64,000 nt of DNA. Source: Alphaproteobacteria bacterium. Its GTDB lineage: Bacteria; Pseudomonadota; Alphaproteobacteria; Micavibrionales; UBA2020. This document shows positions 20,349 to 29,970 of this stretch, in pieces. The DNA lies in assembly GCA_041287865.1 (NCBI GenBank), contig JBGGMV010000066.1:7966-71965 (forward strand). Reading direction: 5' to 3'. The notes below the pieces were generated by a model. It was not told the origin of the DNA. It saw only the letters and a program-made list of their open reading frames with translations, and made no database searches. Both the position numbers and the translations under genes were made by a program. How positions within the stretch are numbered: the first letter of the stretch is position 1; each line of letters begins with the position of its first letter.

Positions 20349-21829
20349 TTGTCTTTCAGTTTAAGCGCGACAAAACGCCTGTCGGATTTGCGCGCGATGA
20401 AGAAGAGCACCGAGCCGTGCTTGGCGGCCTTGGCTTCCTCCACCTTCGCCACCACGTCTTCGGGCGAGGTGACTTCGGTCTGGTCAACTTCGGCGATCAG
20501 GTCGCCGGCGGCGATGCCCTTTTCAGACGCCGCGCCGTTACGCTTCACGTCCGTCACCACCGCGCCCTTTTGCTCTTTGCCAATGCCGTAGAGCGTGCGC
20601 AGTTTTTCGGTGATGGGGGACAGCGTCATGCCGAAGGCGGGCAGTTCGGTGCCGGCGGCGGGTTTCTTGTCGTCTTCCTTCGTGGGCTTCTTGCCGCCCT
20701 CGATCATGCCGCTTTCCTCGGCCGTTTCCAGCTGGCCCAGCGTGACGGTGACAAGTTCTTCCTTGCCCTTGCGCCAGACAGTGAGATTAACTTTCTTGCC
20801 GACCTCGGTTTCCGCCACCATGCGGGGCAGTTTCTGCGAGGTGTCGACGTTATGTCCGTCGAAGGTCAGGATCACGTCGCCTGATTTCAGGCCGGCCTCG
20901 TCGGACGGGCCGTTTTCGGTGACGCCCGCGACCATCGCGCCGCGCGCCTTGCCCATCTGCAGGGTTTCGGCGATTTCGGGCGTGACGATCTGGATGCGCA
21001 CACCCAGCCAGCCGCGCTTGGTCTTGCCGTATTTCACCAGCTGCTCGACCACCGATTTCACGAGGTTCGAGGGCACGGCAAAACCGATACCCACCGAGCC
21101 GCCGGAGGGGGAGAAGATGGCGGTGTTGATGCCCACCACCTCGCCCTTCATGTTGAACATCGGGCCGCCCGAGTTGCCGCGGTTGATCGAGGCGTCGGTC
21201 TGGATGAAGTCGTCGTAGGGACCGGCGTTGATATCGCGCTGGCGGGCGGAAACGATACCCGCCGTGACAGTGCCGCCAAGGCCAAAGGGGTTGCCGATGG
21301 CCAAGATCCACGAACCCACCTTCGCCTGATCGCTGTCGCCCCACTGGGTCGCGATCATCGAGGGATCGGGTTTCACTTTAAGAACGGCGATGTCGGTTTT
21401 CTCGTCGGTACCGACCAGCGTCGCGTCCAGCGTTTCGTCGTTGTGAAGAATGATTTTGATTTCATCCGCGTCCTTGATGACGTGGTTGTTGGTCACGACA
21501 TAGCCGTTGGCCGCGTCGATGATAAAGCCCGAGCCGAGCGCGGAGACTTTTTCATCCTCGCCGCCTTCGCCGGGCGGGCGTTTATAGCGGTCATAGAAAT
21601 CCTTGAAGAAATCTTCGAAGGGCGAACCCGGCGGCAGTTCGGGCATCGGCGGCATTTCGCCGCGGCGCGGGTCGGCAATCTTGGTCGTGGTCGATACGTT
21701 CACCACGGTCGGCAGCAGGTTTTCGGCCAGCGTCTCGAAACCTTCCGGTGCTGCGGCCTGTGCGGGGGCAATCTGGAACAGCCATGCCGCCACAGCGGCG
21801 ATCTGCACGGTCTTGACGATTCTCATCAT
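20345..21829 (-). CDS. degP: Periplasmic serine endoprotease DegP/HtrA family, two PDZ domains
   Basis: Signal peptide, a catalytic triad context (TNNHV, DIAVLK, GNSGGPM) and two PDZ-like regions. Confidence 0.92.
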   Translation of the reverse strand: MMRIVKTVQIAAVAAWLFQIAPAQAAAPEGFETLAENLLPTVVNVSTTTKIADPRRGEMPPMPELPPGSPFEDFFKDFYDRYKRPPGEGGEDEKVSALGSGFIIDAANGYVVTNNHVIKDADEIKIILHNDETLDATLVGTDEKTDIAVLKVKPDPSMIATQWGDSDQAKVGSWILAIGNPFGLGGTVTAGIVSARQRDINAGPYDDFIQTDASINRGNSGGPMFNMKGEVVGINTAIFSPSGGSVGIGFAVPSNLVKSVVEQLVKYGKTKRGWLGVRIQIVTPEIAETLQMGKARGAMVAGVTENGPSDEAGLKSGDVILTFDGHNVDTSQKLPRMVAETEVGKKVNLTVWRKGKEELVTVTLGQLETAEESGMIEGGKKPTKEDDKKPAAGTELPAFGMTLSPITEKLRTLYGIGKEQKGAVVTDVKRNGAASEKGIAAGDLIAEVDQTEVTSPEDVVAKVEEAKAAKHGSVLFFIARKSDRRFVALKLKDK

Positions 21830-21974
21830 ATGAAAATCCCTCTTTCACGTTGGAAAGCGCCTCGTTGATCACGGGCGCGGTTGATATTGATCAGGTAGGC
21901 CTGTTTTCGGTTGTGGTCAATAGATTGCACAAAAATTCAACAATTCCAGCAGATTGGGGTATCAGAATCCGCCC

Positions 21975-22181
21975 TCAGAAGCTTCTTATTTGCCAGAGCA
22001 GAAAGGCCGCGACAATCGCGATGCCAGCCGCCGCAGTACGCAGCTTGATAACCGGCATTGCCAGCATGTCGGTAACAAACCTGCGCATCGCATTGGGGAA
22101 AAGCGCATAGGTCAGCCCCTCGATGATGCCCATCAGAAGAAGCGCTTGCGTCACTCCCGCCGCTGTGAACAGGTCTTCCAA
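21975..22181 (-). CDS. DUF2065 small membrane protein
   Basis: 68 aa with two TM segments. It sits immediately downstream of hflC, as is usual for this family. Confidence 0.65.
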   Translation of the reverse strand: MEDLFTAAGVTQALLLMGIIEGLTYALFPNAMRRFVTDMLAMPVIKLRTAAAGIAIVAAFLLWQIRSF

Positions 22182-22184
22182 GGC

Positions 22185-23060
22185 TTACTTCTTGGCGGAT
22201 TGCCCGCTCTTGAAGAAGCGGAAGAAGTCGTTGTCGGGCGAGAGGATCATGGTGGTGTTCTCGTCGCCCAGCGTCGCGCGGTACGCTTCCATCGAGCGGT
22301 AGAAGGCATAGAACTCGGGGTCGCGCTCGAAGGCGTCGGCGTAGATCTTGATCGCCGCCTCGTCGCCCTGGCCGCGCAGGATCTGCGCGTCTTTCTCGGC
22401 GGTGGCCAGCGTCACGGTGCGTTCCTTCTCGGCCTTCGACTTGATGTCCTGCGCGGTCTCTTTACCCTGGCCGCGGAAGTCTGCCGCTTCCTTCTCGCGC
22501 GCGGTGCGCATGCGGGCATAGATGGCCTGGCTGGTCTGCTCGGGCAGCTCGGCGCGGCCGATGCGCACGTCGACGATCTCGACGCCCAGGTTGCCCTTGA
22601 CGCCTTCGTTCACCTTGTCGCGGATCGCGTTCATCAGCGGCGCGCGTTTTTCGGACAGCACGTCGGCCAGCGTCGCGGTGCCCAGTACCTCGCGCGTCAT
22701 CGAGTTCATGATGTTGGCAAGGCGTTCGCGCGCCATGTCCTCGCTGACGAGGTTGTTGTTGAATTTCAGCATGTCGGTAATTTTATACCGGCCGAAGGTG
22801 TCGACCACGATGCGCTTCTGGTCGGCAAGGATGACTTCCTCCGGCAGCGGATCGACCGACAAAACTTTTTGCGAAAAGAAGCGCGCGTTCTGGATGAAGG
22901 GCGTCTTGAAGTAAAGCCCCGGTTCTTCCTTCATGCTCACGGGCTTGCCGAACTGCAGCACCATGGCCTGCTGGCCCTGCGTGACGATAAAGGCCGATTG
23001 CGAGACGATCAGGAAACCCGCCACCAGCAGGAAACCCAGGAATGAAAAACTCTTGCTCAT
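22185..23060 (-). CDS. hflC: Protease modulator HflC
   Basis: 291 aa with an N-terminal TM helix and an SPFH/band-7 domain. It directly follows hflK. Confidence 0.9.
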   Translation of the reverse strand: MSKSFSFLGFLLVAGFLIVSQSAFIVTQGQQAMVLQFGKPVSMKEEPGLYFKTPFIQNARFFSQKVLSVDPLPEEVILADQKRIVVDTFGRYKITDMLKFNNNLVSEDMARERLANIMNSMTREVLGTATLADVLSEKRAPLMNAIRDKVNEGVKGNLGVEIVDVRIGRAELPEQTSQAIYARMRTAREKEAADFRGQGKETAQDIKSKAEKERTVTLATAEKDAQILRGQGDEAAIKIYADAFERDPEFYAFYRSMEAYRATLGDENTTMILSPDNDFFRFFKSGQSAKK

Positions 23061-23071
23061 GGCTTTACCCT

Positions 23072-24259
23072 TTACTGCTGCGGCTGGGGCGGAATGCGCC
23101 CGCCGGTTTTGCCGACGTCAAGCCAGGGCAGCACGTTCTGCCCGCCGCCCTCGCCGACGATGATTTTTTTGCTGTTCTTCAAAATCTCCTGCATCGTCTC
23201 CAGATACAGGCGTTTCTGCGTCACATCCTTGGCGACCGAATAGGCCTTGTAGACCGACAGGAAGCGCTCCGCGTCACCCTGCGCCTTGGAGATGACGGCT
23301 TCTTTATAGGCTTCCGCGTCCTGAATGGTCTTGCGCGCCACGCCTCGCGCGCTGGGCACGATATCGTTGCGGTAGGTTTCGGCTTCGTTCTTCAGGCGCT
23401 CTTTATCCGTGCGGGCGCGCTGCACGTCGTTGAAGGCGTCGATGACCGGCGTCGGCGGATCGGCCGAGAGCAGCTGGACCGAGTTGATGATCACGCCGGA
23501 ATTATAATCGTCCAGCATCTTCTGCATCAGCTCTTTCGACTTGCTTTCGATCTCGGCGCGGCCCTCGGTCAGCGCGCGCTGGATCGGCGTGCGGCCGATG
23601 ATTTCCCGCATCGCGCTTTCGGCCACTTTCTGCACCGTCTCGTCGGGGTTCTGGATCGAGAAGAGGTATTTCACCGCATCCGTGCGGCGCCAGAAGACCG
23701 AGAAATGGATGTTCACGATATTTTCGTCGCCCGTCAGCATGGCGCTCTCCGAAGGATCGCGGTTCGCATTGCCGATATCGACCTTCTGGATTTCTTCCAC
23801 GTTCACTTTCAAAACGTCCTCGATCGGCCAGGGCAGGCGATAGCCAAGGCCGGGATCGGTGATGGTCTTGCGCGCCTTGCCGAAGGTCAGTACGACGGCG
23901 TCTTCCTGCGGCTGCACGGTATAGAACCCCGTGCCCAGCCAGAGCGCGACGAGGATGATGAGGATGATGCCAAAGGCCTTGCCGGGATCGAGGTCCGACG
24001 CCGGGCGCTTGCCGCCGCCGAAGGTGCCGCGGAAACGTTCCTGCGCCTGGCGCAGCATGTCGTCGAGATCGGGTTCGTTGTCACGGCCGCCGCCGCCACC
24101 ACCGCCGCCATTATTCGAGGGACGCTGGCCCCAGGGATTGGGCTTGTCGTTCTTGTCGCCGCCGCCACCGTTGCCGCCGCCGTCATTGCTGCCGCCGCGT
24201 CCGCCCCAGGGGCCCTGGTTCGCCAAAATCGTGCCGTCGCCTGATGATGAAGAAGCCAT
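23072..24259 (-). CDS. hflK: Protease modulator HflK
   Basis: Gly-rich N-terminus (GPWGGRGG...), a TM helix and an SPFH domain (VQPQEDAVVLTFGK...). Confidence 0.9.
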   Translation of the reverse strand: MASSSSGDGTILANQGPWGGRGGSNDGGGNGGGGDKNDKPNPWGQRPSNNGGGGGGGGRDNEPDLDDMLRQAQERFRGTFGGGKRPASDLDPGKAFGIILIILVALWLGTGFYTVQPQEDAVVLTFGKARKTITDPGLGYRLPWPIEDVLKVNVEEIQKVDIGNANRDPSESAMLTGDENIVNIHFSVFWRRTDAVKYLFSIQNPDETVQKVAESAMREIIGRTPIQRALTEGRAEIESKSKELMQKMLDDYNSGVIINSVQLLSADPPTPVIDAFNDVQRARTDKERLKNEAETYRNDIVPSARGVARKTIQDAEAYKEAVISKAQGDAERFLSVYKAYSVAKDVTQKRLYLETMQEILKNSKKIIVGEGGGQNVLPWLDVGKTGGRIPPQPQQ

Positions 24260-24387
24260 TCTTATCCCCTGTTATGACACGCAAAAAAAGCGCTATATAT
24301 ACTCGCGCCAAGAGCAATATACTTGAGCATGGCTTATATTGTGTCTGCAAGGCTTTTAGGCAAGAGCCCAACAAGGGGAAAATGATT

Positions 24388-25500
24388 ATGTCTTCCGTTA
24401 CAAAAGATCAGGTTATGGAACAGTTGAAGACGGTGATCGAGCCCGCTTCCGGAAAAGACATCGTATCGCTCAAGATGGTGAGCGCGGTCGAGATCAAGGA
24501 CGGCGCGGCCTTTGTCACGCTCGAGGTCGACCCCGCCAAGGGCGCGGCGCTGGAACCGCTCCGTCAGGCGGCCGAATCCGCCGCCGCGAAAACCGCCGGC
24601 GTCACCAAGGCCACGGTGGTCATGACCGCTGAACGCAAATCGCCCCCGCCGCTGAACGTGCGGCAGAAACCGCAGCATCCTTCCACCCAGCACCGCATTT
24701 CGCAGCGCCCCGTGGCACCGGGCGTAAAACAAATCGTGGCCGTTGCTTCGGGCAAGGGCGGCGTCGGCAAATCGACTGTGTCCGCCAACCTCGCGCTTGC
24801 ACTTCATGCGCAGGGCAAGCGCGTGGGGCTGCTGGACGGCGATATCTACGGCTCCTCCATCCCTGTGATGCTGGGCCTGCGTGAAAAACCCGAAACCGAT
24901 GATGGGGATATGATCGTGCCGCCGGTCGCGCATGGCATCAAGTTCATGAGCATGGGATTCTTCGTCGAACCCGACGCGCCCGTCATCTGGCGGGGGCCCA
25001 TGGTTCATGCGGCAATACAACAGCTGCTCCGCGACGTCGCCTGGGGTGATCTCGACGTACTGGTGATCGACCTGCCGCCCGGCACGGGCGATGCGCAGCT
25101 TTCTCTCGCGCAATACGTGCCTGTCGCGGGCGCGGTGATCGTTTCCACCCCGCAGGATGTGGCGCTGAACGAGGCGCGCAAGGGGCTCAACATGTTTGCA
25201 AAAACCGGCGTGCCCGTGCTGGGCATGGTGGAAAACATGAGTTACCACAACTGCGCGTCCTGCGGCCACCGCGAGGATATCTTCGGCCATGGCGGGGTGA
25301 AAACCGCCGCGGCCCAGCTGGGCGTGGATTTCCTTGGTGAAATTCCGCTGCTCACCGCCATCCGTATCGCCGCCGACAATGGCAAGCCGATTGTGGTGGC
25401 CGATCCCGCGCATCCCGCCGCTGTTGCGTTCCGTGCTCTGGCGGACACTGTCTCCGCCAAGCTTGCCGTCGCGCCGCCCGCGAAGGTGAAGACGAAATAG
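24388..25500 (+). CDS. apbC: Fe-S cluster carrier ATPase Mrp/ApbC
   Basis: N-terminal DUF59-like region, a deviant Walker A (SGKGGVGKST) and CxxC (HNCASCGH). I placed the start at ATG 24388, 8 nt after AAGGGGA. Confidence 0.9.
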   Translation: MSSVTKDQVMEQLKTVIEPASGKDIVSLKMVSAVEIKDGAAFVTLEVDPAKGAALEPLRQAAESAAAKTAGVTKATVVMTAERKSPPPLNVRQKPQHPSTQHRISQRPVAPGVKQIVAVASGKGGVGKSTVSANLALALHAQGKRVGLLDGDIYGSSIPVMLGLREKPETDDGDMIVPPVAHGIKFMSMGFFVEPDAPVIWRGPMVHAAIQQLLRDVAWGDLDVLVIDLPPGTGDAQLSLAQYVPVAGAVIVSTPQDVALNEARKGLNMFAKTGVPVLGMVENMSYHNCASCGHREDIFGHGGVKTAAAQLGVDFLGEIPLLTAIRIAADNGKPIVVADPAHPAAVAFRALADTVSAKLAVAPPAKVKTK

Positions 25501-25631
25501 GGGCCCCTTCAGCAAGTTCCCGATTTTCTCCTTTATCTCCCGGAGCCGCATCCGGATTTTTTGCGCGGCGATGAAAAACATTCCCATACTTTAATGGTGA
25601 CGCATTTTTTTGAAGCTGTGCGAAGAGTTTT

Positions 25632-25668
25632 TGAAACGCTGTGAAACGGTTTGAAACGCTCTGAAACG
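25632..25668 (+). repeat. Phased direct repeats, block 1: 4 x TGAAACG at exact 10-bp spacing
   Basis: TGAAACG occurs at 25632, 25642, 25652 and 25662. The block ends ...TGAAACGCATAAGCGCG. Confidence 0.9.
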
Positions 25669-25757
25669 CATAAGCGCGAATGCAGAAATTTCCCAGCCGC
25701 ATAGGCCATTTTATATGTGCGTGTTTCAGGCGCCTTAAAGTGGGGTATCCGCTGACA

Positions 25758-25784
25758 TGAAACGCTCTGAAACGCTTTGAAACG
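25758..25784 (+). repeat. Phased direct repeats, block 2: 3 x TGAAACG at exact 10-bp spacing
   Basis: TGAAACG occurs at 25758, 25768 and 25778. The block ends ...TGAAACGGATAAGGCGG, parallel to block 1. An inverted copy (GTTTCA) lies at 25733-25738 and a near copy (CTGAAAAC) at 25803. Confidence 0.9.
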
Positions 25785-25957
25785 GATAAGGCGGAGACTC
25801 GCCTGAAAACAGTCACTTGCCGATCATCCGATAACAGGCAGGGCGTTCACATACCCTGAATTGTTCAATGTTTTCATTTGTATAAATAGTTTTTGGCGAA
25901 TTAAGCCAAGCTTAAACTTTTTTCCCTAATATAGCATCAGCAGCAAAAGGATTTCCC

Positions 25958-26740
25958 ATGGCCGGTGACAGCGACAAAACGAAACTTTTTCAGGCGGTTG
26001 CCTCCTATACGCTGGGCAAGGGAATCAAGCGTGACATGCTCCTTACCGATTACCGCGCAGTCGTGAGCGAGCTTGCGACCGGCAGCCGTGCGCCATTCTT
26101 CATGGGCGATATCGCTGATTACATGAACGAACATCCCGACCCCGATCCGGATTCCGACGCGGACAAACCGCTGCAGGCGCTTCAGGGCCTGCATGTTGAC
26201 AAGTTCCGTGTCAGCATCGTCATGGCTGAAGACGGCGGAAAGCGCGTATTCCTGCCGGTTTGTGAAGACATGCACAACGGGCGGCTGCTGGTGGTGGGAC
26301 CGGGCGGCGGAAACTATGGCGGCGCGCCGGTGGAAAAACTCGTTTATGTCGACGGAAGTTCCTCGACCGCCGTAGAGGCGATTAACAGTTTCATTGACAA
26401 AGGCATCCTCGAGCGCGGGGCTGTTGGCATCAAGCCGGCCAGCGCCCACAAAATCAATCAACACTTGGTACAGGCGATCAGTCTCGTTGCCGATTTATCG
26501 AGCCTCACCGAAGAGATCAACATGGCGCCCAAGGGCCAGTCGCCCGAGATGGTGCCTATGCTGTCAGGCACGACGCTGGGAAAATGTTTCCAGGCGGTCG
26601 CTGCCGGGCAAGCGGATGTGGACACCTGCATCATCGCGCGGCCCCACTTCAATCCCGAAGAGGCGGACGCCCAGGTGATGCAGGGCGTCACGTCAGACAT
26701 CAAGGTCGGCAAGCCTTTCAGTTTCAAGCCGAAGGCATGA
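25958..26740 (+). CDS. Hypothetical protein, paralog pair member P1
   Basis: 260 aa. It is similar to the next ORF (LFQAVASY/RFKAVATY; FRVSIVMAEDGGKRVFLPVCED/FKITIVQAEHNDKPVFLPVVED; LLVVGPG/VLVVAPG). The C-terminus is IKVGKPFSFKPKA. Confidence 0.7.
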   Translation: MAGDSDKTKLFQAVASYTLGKGIKRDMLLTDYRAVVSELATGSRAPFFMGDIADYMNEHPDPDPDSDADKPLQALQGLHVDKFRVSIVMAEDGGKRVFLPVCEDMHNGRLLVVGPGGGNYGGAPVEKLVYVDGSSSTAVEAINSFIDKGILERGAVGIKPASAHKINQHLVQAISLVADLSSLTEEINMAPKGQSPEMVPMLSGTTLGKCFQAVAAGQADVDTCIIARPHFNPEEADAQVMQGVTSDIKVGKPFSFKPKA

Positions 26741-26750
26741 GGAGATAAAC

Positions 26751-27461
26751 ATGGCAAACGAAACAGATATCAAAAGGCGATTCAAGGCGGTCGCGACTTA
26801 CGACACGGCCGAGCGGGTGGAAACCTTGCAGCTTGCGCCCGCGGGCAATGTGATCGCGGCGCTGGATTTTTACCGGCAGGATCTTTTCCTCACCGGCATC
26901 GACAAGGCGATAGGCACCCAGGCCACCGACCTGCCTAAAGGCGCGCTGGATATCCTGACGGGTCGCCATGTCAACGGCTTCAAAATCACCATTGTGCAGG
27001 CGGAGCATAACGACAAGCCGGTTTTCCTGCCCGTCGTCGAAGACTCCCTGCTGCAGGAAGTCCTTGTCGTGGCCCCCGGACCGCGCCCTGACAGTTGCGG
27101 CCCTGCTGTTGTCTATGTCGACAGCACCGACACCGACGCCTCTGCGCAGGTCAACGATTTCCTCATCCGCGGCGCGCGGCTGCGCGGCGAGCGCAGTTTG
27201 CTCGACCCTGAGGGCGCCAGGAATCTCATCGATGACATGATCACTGCTGTTTCAATGGTAGGCGACCTTCCGGAAACGCGGGCGATGGAAAATAACATCA
27301 CGATCGGCGCAGCCTTCGCGGAAGTCGCGCGCGGCAATTCCGGGATGGTCAACTACGTGATGGCCTGCAACCTTATCGACTACAAGGCCGAGGCGACCGA
27401 AGGAACGCAAAAGCCCATCGCCGTGCGCGGGCCGCTGTCCTTCAAGGGCAGGGTGGTATAG
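26751..27461 (+). CDS. Hypothetical protein, paralog pair member P2
   Basis: 236 aa, 10 nt after P1, with a GGAG RBS. The C-terminus is IAVRGPLSFKGRVV. Confidence 0.7.
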   Translation: MANETDIKRRFKAVATYDTAERVETLQLAPAGNVIAALDFYRQDLFLTGIDKAIGTQATDLPKGALDILTGRHVNGFKITIVQAEHNDKPVFLPVVEDSLLQEVLVVAPGPRPDSCGPAVVYVDSTDTDASAQVNDFLIRGARLRGERSLLDPEGARNLIDDMITAVSMVGDLPETRAMENNITIGAAFAEVARGNSGMVNYVMACNLIDYKAEATEGTQKPIAVRGPLSFKGRVV

Positions 27462-28460
27462 TCAGCGTTTTTTGTTGTTCTTTTTCGGGGCGGGTTTTGC
27501 CGTGCCCTCCGCGCGTTGCGCGGGTTTTTCCGTTTCGGGCTTGTCGACCTTCACCACGATATCGGGCTGGTCGTTGATGACCAGTTCGCCGCCCGCCAGC
27601 TGCTTGATCGTCGTGCCGTGGCCGCACATCTCGCTCACCTCGTTGAAGGATTTGATGGCGCGGTTGACGATGCGCTGATCCAGGTCTTCCTTCGCGGCGG
27701 CGACGATGAATTTCGCCAGCGCTTCGTGTTCTTCTTTTTCGGGCCCCGCGTCGCCGTATTCCTTCATCTCGTATTTCGTCATTTCCATGCCGGCGGCGGT
27801 ATTGGCGAGGAAAAGGCGTTTTGTATCCGGCTCCATGCCGCCAAGCTCCAGCAGGCGGACGTCTTCCTCCGGCGCCATCATCATGCGGTGCATTTCGTCG
27901 ACCATGCCGACCGTTTCAGGCTGGAACAGGCCGGTGATATCGTCGAAATTATCGGCGTCCATCAGCAGCGCCGCCGCCGTCATCGCGTCAACGCGCGCAT
28001 CGGGCATGCGGCCGCGATAGGTTTCCTCGATAATCCCGGCGGTAATCACATCGGCCATCGACAGGTTCGATACGTTTTCAAGCGCATCGCGGATTTCGCG
28101 GCGGCGCGGCAGCATGTGCCCTGCGGCGTCGAAGGTGCGTTCCTGCTCGGCGCGCATTTCCTGTTCCAGCTCGAACATGTCGTCGTCGCTCAAGGCTTCG
28201 TCGTCGTCGCCCAGCGGAATGTCGGTGCCGTCATCGTCGTCGGATTCAATGCTGATGCGGCGGCCCGTGCCGTCGATGCCGCGATAGGGCTCGAACTTCA
28301 GGTCGTCGGGGTTGAGTTTCGATTTGTCGGGTTCCGGTTTCGGCGGTTCGGGGTGCAGATCCTTGCCCACGTTCTCGTTATCATCAAACGAGAATTCCTT
28401 GCCCTTGCCGGTGGCGGCCTTGAAGGCTTTCTTCAGCTCTTTTTTGTCAGGCTCGGTCAT
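27462..28460 (-). CDS. Hypothetical acidic protein
   Basis: 332 aa, rich in D and E, with a Lys-rich C-terminus. It is on the same strand as, and downstream of, thyA-folA. Its stop codon abuts the P2 stop codon with zero spacer. Confidence 0.65.
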   Translation of the reverse strand: MTEPDKKELKKAFKAATGKGKEFSFDDNENVGKDLHPEPPKPEPDKSKLNPDDLKFEPYRGIDGTGRRISIESDDDDGTDIPLGDDDEALSDDDMFELEQEMRAEQERTFDAAGHMLPRRREIRDALENVSNLSMADVITAGIIEETYRGRMPDARVDAMTAAALLMDADNFDDITGLFQPETVGMVDEMHRMMMAPEEDVRLLELGGMEPDTKRLFLANTAAGMEMTKYEMKEYGDAGPEKEEHEALAKFIVAAAKEDLDQRIVNRAIKSFNEVSEMCGHGTTIKQLAGGELVINDQPDIVVKVDKPETEKPAQRAEGTAKPAPKKNNKKR

Positions 28461-28547
28461 GACGTCCCTAATAACCGTAATGCTTTCGGATTCGCAAAAG
28501 ATTACAGTATTATGGAAGCTGATGGAAGGGGCTAGGGTGTAATATTA

Positions 28548-29060
28548 TTACTTTTTCCGCTCAAGGACGGTGATCGTGTAGTCGCAGGTTTCCCCCGGCA
28601 GGGCAGGGTGATGCTCGCGTTTGACTTCTTTCCACTCGGCCTTGTCGAAGGTCGGGAAATGGGTATCGCCTTCGGGCGACAGGTGAATTTCGGTCAGGTA
28701 CAGGCGGTCGGCATGGGGCAGGGACAGGCGGTAAATTTCCGACCCGCCGCCGATAAAGATTTCACCGACGCCGTCTTTCTCCGCAATGCCGCGCGCCATC
28801 TCGATGCCGTCCTCCAAAGTGTGGACGACGAAGGCGCCTTCGGCTTTGTAATTGGTATCGCGTGTGACGATGATGTTCGCGCGTTTGGGCAGCGGCTTGC
28901 CCAGCGATTCAAAGCTCTTGCGGCCCATGACGATCGGGTGGCCGATGGTCGTGGTTTTGAAATACTGGAATTCGGATTTAATCTCCCAGGGCATCCAGCT
29001 GTCCTTGCCGATCACGCCGTTTTCGGCGACCGCTGCGATAAGCGAAACTTTCACCGTCAC
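28548..29060 (-). CDS. folA: Dihydrofolate reductase
   Basis: Carries [40 protein letters not shown] and LYLTEIH motifs. Confidence 0.92.
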   Translation of the reverse strand: MTVKVSLIAAVAENGVIGKDSWMPWEIKSEFQYFKTTTIGHPIVMGRKSFESLGKPLPKRANIIVTRDTNYKAEGAFVVHTLEDGIEMARGIAEKDGVGEIFIGGGSEIYRLSLPHADRLYLTEIHLSPEGDTHFPTFDKAEWKEVKREHHPALPGETCDYTITVLERKK

Positions 29061-29851
29061 ACCGCAACCTTTCCTTTAATGGCCGCATGGTGCTGGTAAC
29101 CGGTGATTTCAAAGTCTTCGAACTTGAAATCGAACAGGTTTTTGACGGCGGGGTTAAGCTTTACCTGCGGCAGCGGCAGCGGGTCGCGCTGGAGCTGCAG
29201 TTTGCACTGCTCGATATGGTTCACGTAGATATGCAGGTCGCCGAAGCTGTGAATGAATTCACCGGGCTGCAGCCCTGCCACCTGCGCGATCATCAGCGTC
29301 AGCAGCGCATAGGAAGCGATATTGAACGGCACGCCAAGGAAAACATCCGCAGAGCGTTGATAAAGCTGGCAGGACAGCTTTCCATCCTGCACGTAAAACT
29401 GGAACAGGCAGTGGCAGGGGGCCAGCGCCATTTTGGGAATGTCGGAGGGATTCCACGCCGTCACAATCAGGCGGCGGCTGTCGGGATTGGTTTTAATCTC
29501 GTTTAAAATGTTCGAGATTTGATCGATAGCACCGCCATCGGCTGCAGGCCAGCTGCGCCACTGCGCGCCGTAAACGGGGCCGAGATCGCCGCGCTCGTCC
29601 GCCCATTCGTCCCAGATGCGGACGTCGTTCTCCTTGAGATACTTGATATTCGTATCGCCCTTCAGGAACCAGAGCAGTTCATGGATGATCGATTTGGTAT
29701 GGACTTTTTTGGTCGTGACCAGCGGAAAACCCTTCGCCAGATCATAGCGCGACTGGTGGCCGAAGGTTGAAATGGTGTCGACGCCGGTACGGTTCTTTTT
29801 CAGCTTCCCGTTATCAAGGACATGCTGCATCAACTCCAGATACTGTTTCAT
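29057..29851 (-). CDS. thyA: Thymidylate synthase (ThyA type)
   Basis: Starts at [12 protein letters not shown], giving 264 aa. It has DRTGTGT-like NRTGVDT, the catalytic [12 protein letters not shown] region and DLHIYVNH. It has a 4-nt overlap with folA. Confidence 0.95.
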   Translation of the reverse strand: MKQYLELMQHVLDNGKLKKNRTGVDTISTFGHQSRYDLAKGFPLVTTKKVHTKSIIHELLWFLKGDTNIKYLKENDVRIWDEWADERGDLGPVYGAQWRSWPAADGGAIDQISNILNEIKTNPDSRRLIVTAWNPSDIPKMALAPCHCLFQFYVQDGKLSCQLYQRSADVFLGVPFNIASYALLTLMIAQVAGLQPGEFIHSFGDLHIYVNHIEQCKLQLQRDPLPLPQVKLNPAVKNLFDFKFEDFEITGYQHHAAIKGKVAV

Positions 29852-29910
29852 GTGCGCTTCCCCCTGCTGAAAACCGATTCTATCACAAGGCAATATAGAG
29901 AAGGCAGCCA

Positions 29911-29947
29911 AAAATAAAAGCGGCGGAAGGGGGTAAATCCTTCCGCC
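29911..29947 (-). terminator. Rho-independent terminator after the 29971-30486 gene
   Basis: A 9-bp perfect stem (ggcggaagg / ccttccgcc) is followed on the minus strand by GCTTTTATTTTT. Confidence 0.6.
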
Positions 29948-29970
29948 ACTTAGATGTTTCTCTTAATCCC

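Noticed and set aside
25632-25784. Whether the TGAAACG array could be a CRISPR array or a minisatellite.
   Set aside because: The repeat unit is 10 bp with 3-nt 'spacers', far too short for CRISPR. No cas genes are present. I kept it as a regulatory or iteron-like repeat instead.
25352-25816. 154-aa minus-strand ORF spanning the apbC 3' end and the TGAAACG repeat region. Its protein shows repeating RF(R/T)AFQ.
   Set aside because: The peptide periodicity is just the translated 10-bp DNA repeat. The ORF overlaps the well-supported apbC gene and has no start context.
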